This document shows, piece by piece, positions 58,465 through 64,000 of a stretch of 64,000 nt of DNA; within the stretch, counting starts at the first letter, position 1; each line of letters starts with the position of its first letter. Where the stretch lies: positions 224,001 through 288,000 of the forward strand of contig JAVLKG010000007.1 in assembly GCA_032128875.1 (NCBI GenBank). The letters are read 5' to 3'. This DNA comes from Candidatus Melainabacteria bacterium 17Bon1m. GTDB taxonomy: Bacteria > Cyanobacteriota > Vampirovibrionia > Obscuribacterales > Obscuribacteraceae. A model generated the notes under the pieces. That model worked only from the letters and a program-made list of their open reading frames with translations. It ran no database searches and was not told the origin of the DNA. The translations under genes and the position numbers were made by a program.

Positions 58465-58510
58465 AGAACCGGGTTTCTCTCAGGCGGAAACCCGGTTCTT
58501 CTTTCTTTTT
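58465..58510 (+). terminator. Rho-independent terminator
   Basis: AGAACCGGGTTTC...GAAACCCGGTTCT stem followed by a T-rich tract. Confidence 0.75.
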
Positions 58511-59218
58511 GAGAGGATACTATATAAAAGCGTAGAACGAACTTTCTCTGTTTTCATGCGGCTTTCGTTTGAGGCAGATTTCTTCTTGATTTAGTTCTAC
58601 GCAATTCTCGTTTTCCTTCATGCGCGTTCGTCTTGTGCATTGTTTTTCTGAATGCAGTGATTAGCGCAGGAATGGGAAAGTATCTCGGAGGACACTGCGT
58701 ATCCGGTGCGTAACTGCCTTCGATTATTTCAACAATCTTTCGACTAAAACTGTGTTGTTTTGACGTCAATAACTATTATGAGAAGCCTGTCTTAGGGCTT
58801 ACGACTCGCACTAGCTATGACACTGTATTTGGTGCATCTGTTTTGGTCTTTTCAATGATGCTGCAACATTAAATGGAGTGGAGAGCCGCTTGGAAAGCTC
58901 GATATTGCAGCGGCAGTAGCCTGTTTCAGCCTTGATGTAATTTTGATGTCGGAACTTTCAACAAGCATTCAAAGCAGGTGCTGGCCTTGCGTTGGAGGAT
59001 TGCGAAGTCTAGGGTGAAAATATTGTTTTTCAGTTTTTCAATTTTCCAGAAACCCTTTACCAACCCAAAGTCCGCACTATAACAGCATCTACCAAGCAAA
59101 CCTTTCGGTTTGCTGTCGCACTGCTTGCGTTTGACTTGCGTCTTTTCGCGTCATGCAGGCATTGAATCACCGTTGTTAAGCGGTAAAACCCAACGTCACA
59201 ATTGAGAAAGGTGGACAT

Positions 59219-60208
59219 ATGTTCTTAGGATATGGCATTGCTATTGCCATCATCATCGAGTGGTGGCGCCGTCGCAAAGACCGTTTCAAAGATCCATCCG
59301 CAAGCTGGATGACAGATTTTGTTCGCGATGAATTGCTTCCAGTTGATGAATCAAAATTGTCTGCAGAGGCTAAGTACGAGCGTTTCCTAAAACGCTACAA
59401 CAGACAATGGCGTGACAAATACGGTAGTGAGTCAATCTATCGCGTCACAACTATTGCCAATCTTGTCGAGCTGTATATCAGTCAGAGGCGGTATTACGAG
59501 GCTCGCGGGTGGCAAAACCTGGTCATCCAAATTATGGAATTTAACGGCGTCGATAAGGACAAACTGGCTTCTGCGTATGAGAAGCTGGCGGTTCTCGAGC
59601 TTCACATGGGACGCGTCATTGAAGCTTCTCTGAACTATCGCAAGGCAGCAGTTATTTATCGAAGTGTGCAAAATTTCAAGGCACTTTCAGAGTGTCTGAT
59701 TGCTCACTTTGACACCATCGCCAACCGCGAAATGTCTGAGGAAGCATTGGCTATAAGCTGCGAGCTTATTGATGTTTTTGAGATCTTGTATGGACCTACG
59801 TCGATGCAAGTTGAGACGCATCTCTTGCACGCAGAGGCTTCGCTTGAGCGTGATAAGACTCCCGCCCACCGGCGTCAGTTGCTTCAACTGCTGATTTCCT
59901 TGCACGTCAGTGAAGATGCACTTGGCAAAGATCATTACGCGGTCGCGGGCGACTTGAGGCGATTGTCGGCGTTTTTTGCAACTCAAGGAAAAGTCATTGC
60001 CGCCGCCGATCTTGCTGAGCGTTCTGGCAAAATCATGCTTTTGAATAAAGTCGACGGTGTCGATTATCCGGGCATCGAGCGAGACTTGCTTGAGGTAGCA
60101 GATTGGCTCGAGCAGCGGAATCAGGACGCCGATCGCACGGTTGCGTTTCACATGCGTAAGCGTGCAGAGCGTATTGCAGAAAAACGCCTTTCCAAAGGAA
60201 AGAGGTAA
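59219..60208 (+). CDS. TPR-like helical repeat protein with N-terminal anchor
   Basis: IANLVELYISQRRYYEA, LGKDHYAVAGDLRRLSAFFATQGK (kinesin-light-chain-type TPR pattern). Confidence 0.65.
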   Translation: MFLGYGIAIAIIIEWWRRRKDRFKDPSASWMTDFVRDELLPVDESKLSAEAKYERFLKRYNRQWRDKYGSESIYRVTTIANLVELYISQRRYYEARGWQNLVIQIMEFNGVDKDKLASAYEKLAVLELHMGRVIEASLNYRKAAVIYRSVQNFKALSECLIAHFDTIANREMSEEALAISCELIDVFEILYGPTSMQVETHLLHAEASLERDKTPAHRRQLLQLLISLHVSEDALGKDHYAVAGDLRRLSAFFATQGKVIAAADLAERSGKIMLLNKVDGVDYPGIERDLLEVADWLEQRNQDADRTVAFHMRKRAERIAEKRLSKGKR

Positions 60209-60212
60209 TCGA

Positions 60213-60713
60213 ATGAAGACGAAGAATTTCCCCGCGGGGCTGCGCTCCGATTTGCTTATCGTTGTGTCCAAGCGCCTCGATGAGCTTCTGGTTGACGCAA
60301 ATCTTGATGCGTTTCTGTTCGGCGAGCTGCGCAGATCTTTTCAAAAGCTCGACATGCTCGTCGTTGTTTCATACGATCCGTGGAGCAAGTGGCCTTGGAA
60401 GCGCACGCCGGTGTCGTTCCATTCTGATTTGTATGAACGCACTCAGCGGCAGCGCATAACTGATCTTGTCGCACCACAGATTGTTGATTTGATGTTGCGT
60501 GAGATGTCTGAGAATTCGCAGAAGGTCTTGTTTCACTTGAGAAAAGAGAATCTTCTGGCAGCGCTCAATCGCTTTTACATCAACCAATTCACCGGTGATG
60601 CAGTGGCTCGTCTGATTCTGCAAATGGCGGTGGATAGTGTCATGGAAGAGGAGGGAGTGCTCACGCGGGAAGCTTTGAACGAGATGTTCTCTTCGGAGAG
60701 TAGCGACCTCTAA
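60213..60713 (+). CDS. Hypothetical protein
   Basis: GAGGT RBS, starts 4 nt after the previous stop. Confidence 0.55.
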   Translation: MKTKNFPAGLRSDLLIVVSKRLDELLVDANLDAFLFGELRRSFQKLDMLVVVSYDPWSKWPWKRTPVSFHSDLYERTQRQRITDLVAPQIVDLMLREMSENSQKVLFHLRKENLLAALNRFYINQFTGDAVARLILQMAVDSVMEEEGVLTREALNEMFSSESSDL

Positions 60714-60991
60714 GGCTCAAAGTGTTGACAGTGCCATAGAGCGCTGGAAAGGGCGAGACTGCGTTTAGACAGAAGTAGTCTGCATGCAGTGGGTTTGTGG
60801 AGTGTTTGGGCTAATGCCGCCTCCATTTTTTTTCGCGCCTTTGATACTAAAGTTTATAGTTAACCCTGCGGAACTTAGAAGCCTTAGCTCCGTCGACATC
60901 TGGGAGCTGCGAGGGCAGCTCTTTTCATTGTTTACATCAGTAAATGCCTGAATGGCGGATACATCGGAGCCCCGGAGAAAGGACCTTTTTT

Positions 60992-61792
60992 ATGGGATTT
61001 GTTGCAGAGTTCAAAAAATTCGCCTTGCGCGGAAACCTTATGGACATGGCGGTCGGATTCACAGTGGGCGCCGCTTTTAGCACCATTGCCAAATCGCTGG
61101 TAGACAACGTGATTATGCCGCCGGTTGGTTTGGCGATTGGCAAAGCCGACTTCTCAGACTTCTATGTATTACTCAAGGCGGGCACCAAAGTGGCGCCTCC
61201 TTACGCGACTTTGGAAAAGGCACAGGCAGCTGGAGCTGTAACACTTAACTATGGTTTATTTATCAACAGCGTTATCGCATTTTTGCTTGTCGCTCTGGCG
61301 ATGTTCGTCATCATCAGAGTGTTCAACAAATTGGACAAGAGCCTGGAGCATTCATTCCTTACATCAAATGTTGAAGAAGGCAAAGAGCCCGAGAACAAGA
61401 AGTGTCCGTACTGCGTCTCTACAGTTCCCTTTAAGGCTGTACGCTGTCCTTTCTGTTGCTCTGATTTAGCCGATGAGCAGAAAATACTGACTGAATCGAA
61501 AGTCGGTCAGGAGGTCGTTGCGAAGGCGCAGGCTGCTCTTGCTGAGAGCGAGGCGGCGGCTGCCGAGGCTGCTAAAGGTATCGACGACGAGGACAAGGCA
61601 AAAGTTGTCGCTGCGAAAGCGAAGGAAGCGGCTGAGAAGGCACACAATATGCCGATTGCACCAGAACTCGTTCTTGCAAAGGCCTGCGGGGAGGAAGTCT
61701 GTCAACCTGAAAAGAATGGTGATGGTGCGCAAAAAGAGGTGAAGATGATCGAAACATCGAAACCTCCGGCAGATGCGCGAAAAAGCGCTTAG
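60992..61792 (+). CDS. mscL: Large-conductance mechanosensitive channel with C-terminal zinc ribbon and Ala/Glu/Lys-rich tail
   Basis: EFKKFALRGNLMDMAVGFTVGAAFSTI..SLV..VIMPP, NYGLFINSVIAF, then CPYC-x10-CPFC. Confidence 0.92.
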   Translation: MGFVAEFKKFALRGNLMDMAVGFTVGAAFSTIAKSLVDNVIMPPVGLAIGKADFSDFYVLLKAGTKVAPPYATLEKAQAAGAVTLNYGLFINSVIAFLLVALAMFVIIRVFNKLDKSLEHSFLTSNVEEGKEPENKKCPYCVSTVPFKAVRCPFCCSDLADEQKILTESKVGQEVVAKAQAALAESEAAAAEAAKGIDDEDKAKVVAAKAKEAAEKAHNMPIAPELVLAKACGEEVCQPEKNGDGAQKEVKMIETSKPPADARKSA

Positions 61793-61831
61793 TTCGCCGC
61801 GGCGCATGGCTTTCCTCTCAATGAGAGTTGT

Positions 61832-62500
61832 TTAGTGAACTTCAACAACTGTGTCTCCGGCCAAGACATAGATACGTTCGCTGCCTGTCGGTTCTAAGTC
61901 TGCACAGCCGGTAAAGCTTCCGAATGCAGGCAAAGTGCCGATGTGGTCGTCAAAAACGTAGCACGGCAGCCTCAGACTCTTTTGTCCGGCGCCGTGTAAT
62001 CGCACAGCAGGATGGGTATGCCCGCACAAAACGTACCCCGCGGAGTCTTTCTCTGGGTGGTGTTTGAGTGCGAATGGCTGCATGACTAGCGGTTCTTCCA
62101 CGATATCGAGGCGCATCAATTCCGCAATCGATGGAATTTTTCTATCGTGATTACCGCGGACAAGTGTGATTTTAATTTCGCTATGATGCTCTCTCCATGC
62201 CAGTATCAAGGAGCAGGTTCTGTCTGTCAGTCCACGTTTGTTGTGTACGAGATCGCCTAGAAAAATCAAATGTTCAGCGCCCGTCTTAACGATCAGTTCT
62301 GACAAGGCCTGCAAATCCTTTTCTGTGGTTCCTGTTGGAACCGCGATGTTGTGTGCGCGAAAAGTGGCTGCTTTACCGAGGTGTGCGTCGGCCACCAGCA
62401 GAGTTTTATTCTTCTGCCAGTAAATTGCACGTTGAGGCAGAAGAATCAATGATTCGCCTTGAATTTCTATTTCGAGGTGTCCACTAATTTTTGTTTGCAT
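61832..62500 (-). CDS. pdeM: Ligase-associated DNA damage response endonuclease (metallophosphoesterase)
   Basis: ADAHLGK, LGDLVH, RGNHD, GHTHP, LPAFGSFTG; directly downstream of the Lhr-like helicase. Confidence 0.88.
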   Translation of the reverse strand: MQTKISGHLEIEIQGESLILLPQRAIYWQKNKTLLVADAHLGKAATFRAHNIAVPTGTTEKDLQALSELIVKTGAEHLIFLGDLVHNKRGLTDRTCSLILAWREHHSEIKITLVRGNHDRKIPSIAELMRLDIVEEPLVMQPFALKHHPEKDSAGYVLCGHTHPAVRLHGAGQKSLRLPCYVFDDHIGTLPAFGSFTGCADLEPTGSERIYVLAGDTVVEVH

Positions 62501-62502
62501 TG

Positions 62503-64000
62503 TTAGGAGACTTTAGAACCCTGCTCTTGTGCGGCTTTTTTCAACATTGTCTTCTGTGTGATTTTCGTTTTTGCGATCGGTGTGCGAGTAGCTTTTGGTG
62601 GTTTTTTCGTCAGGGCTAATTGCATGCGTGACACCCGTTGTGCGATTGTTTCAGAACTCACTTTGCCTCTCCACGATTCGACTAAGAGCGGCAGTGCCAT
62701 TGGAGATGGGCGTTGCAGTTCAACTGAAATCAGACGACTTTTCGACAATCGTTTCATCGCATTGCGCAAGCGACTCTCTTCCAGTTGCTGCTCCAAGACC
62801 TCTCTTTGAGCTTGATGCAGCAATAGATTCTCAGGATCGTATTCGGAGAAAACATCGAATAAAAGCCCGCTCGATACCTGCACTTGGCGGCTTGTTTTGG
62901 ATTTGCCTGGATAGCCGGAGAAGACGAGACCGGCAACCCGAGCGATTTCGCGAAAGCGTCGACGAGCCATCTCTGAGGCATTCATGCTACGCAGAATGTC
63001 GTCGGCTAGGTTTTCCGGATTGAACAAGTGGTGCTCGGAAAGCATTTCGACAGGAATATCGATGTTTGAAACCATCTCAAAGCCATAATCGTTGATGGAC
63101 AAACTGAACGTTGCCGGAGTGAGTCGAGACATGCGATATGCAAGCAGTGCAGCCAGCCCTTCGTGTACGAGCCTTCCTTCGAATGGATAAATGAAGAGGT
63201 GATAGCCTTCGCGCGACTGCATGTGCTCGACGAGAACAGACTTTTCATCAGGTATTTGCGACCAGGTCTCTTGCAATCTCAAGAGCGGCTCGACCAGTTT
63301 CATTTCCTCTGATTCGTATCTGCCTTGCGCGGTAATGCCGAGCTCCTCACGTACAGCTTCGGAAAGTTCTGAAGACAAAGGCATGCGCCCGCCCATCCAG
63401 CGTGGCACAGTTCCGCCTTTTGCAGGAGCCAGTCGGACAAATGCTTTCATGTCTTTTGTGCGGACGAGTTCTAAACATCTTCCTGCAAAGACGAAGCGGT
63501 CGCCCGGTCGCAAGCGCGCAATGAATGATTCTTCGAGCGATCCGATGCGCTCTCCCGACATGAAGACGACATTCATGCTGTCGTCACTGGTGATTGTTCC
63601 TATCGACATACGATGTCTTTGACGCACGGAGTCACTCTCGACAATGTAGTACCCATCGTACTCTTGTACCTTGCAGTACTCGGGGTATGCACCCAGTGCG
63701 CGCCCACCCTTAGTAATGAAATTGAGCACCCAATCGAATTCGATGTCGCTCAAGTTTCTGTACGAGTAAGCGCTGCGAATTTCCGCAACAACGCTTTCCA
63801 ACCTGAATCCGCCACCGACGGCAAGTGTGACCAAATGTTGGCTGAGCACGTCCAGGGGTTTTGGCAACGGTCTTCTCGATTCTATTTTTTCTGCTGCCAA
63901 TGCCTTTCTCGCAGCCGCAAATTCCACAATTTCGAATGCGTGTGTCGGTACACAAACCACCGAGCTGAGAGCGCCCGGTTTGTGTCCGCTTCGACCGGCA
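62503..64000 (-). CDS. Ligase-associated DEXH-box (Lhr-like) helicase, C-terminal part, truncated by window edge
   Basis: PLDVLSQHLVT, HRMSIGTI, PRWMGGRMPLS, YPFEGRLVHEGL, RRRFREIARVAGL. Confidence 0.9.
   Translation of the reverse strand, partial: AGRSGHKPGALSSVVCVPTHAFEIVEFAAARKALAAEKIESRRPLPKPLDVLSQHLVTLAVGGGFRLESVVAEIRSAYSYRNLSDIEFDWVLNFITKGGRALGAYPEYCKVQEYDGYYIVESDSVRQRHRMSIGTITSDDSMNVVFMSGERIGSLEESFIARLRPGDRFVFAGRCLELVRTKDMKAFVRLAPAKGGTVPRWMGGRMPLSSELSEAVREELGITAQGRYESEEMKLVEPLLRLQETWSQIPDEKSVLVEHMQSREGYHLFIYPFEGRLVHEGLAALLAYRMSRLTPATFSLSINDYGFEMVSNIDIPVEMLSEHHLFNPENLADDILRSMNASEMARRRFREIARVAGLVFSGYPGKSKTSRQVQVSSGLLFDVFSEYDPENLLLHQAQREVLEQQLEESRLRNAMKRLSKSRLISVELQRPSPMALPLLVESWRGKVSSETIAQRVSRMQLALTKKPPKATRTPIAKTKITQKTMLKKAAQEQGSKVS

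Overview
Bacterial chromosomal window with no rRNA, tRNA, CRISPR array, integrase or transposase that I could recognise. Most of it is ordinary metabolic and housekeeping content: a metallophosphoesterase, two His-box desaturase/hydroxylases, GH130, an MTOX/sarcosine oxidase, a GNAT, an SPFH protein, a creatininase, a BT1-type MFS, OsmC, PPK2, panC, mscL and the Lhr-like helicase/PdeM pair. The standout is a minus-strand locus at about 15.3-28.3 kb that reads as a complete bacterial ubiquitination-like system. It encodes (1) a polyubiquitin-style precursor of three 69-aa beta-grasp-like units, each ending LLLRPVRGN; (2) four paralogous E2/UBC-like proteins in two long+short pairs, where the long ones are membrane-anchored, three keep the catalytic Cys and one has Cys->Gly like a UEV; (3) a JAB/JAMM peptidase with amphipathic membrane-targeting-like motifs; (4) a stand-alone ThiF/E1; and (5) a downstream Hsp100/Clp AAA+ ATPase lacking the middle domain. 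I infer a membrane-associated tag-and-unfold pathway distinct in layout from Bil/Bub/CBASS/PRTRC; its novelty needs database confirmation. Secondary oddities are a CoaE fused to Cys-rich, 30xPro, TM and extracytoplasmic segments, a tandem pair of unknown paralogues, GTAG-type REP doublets and several short tandem repeats. All assignments come from motif reading by eye; no searches were run.
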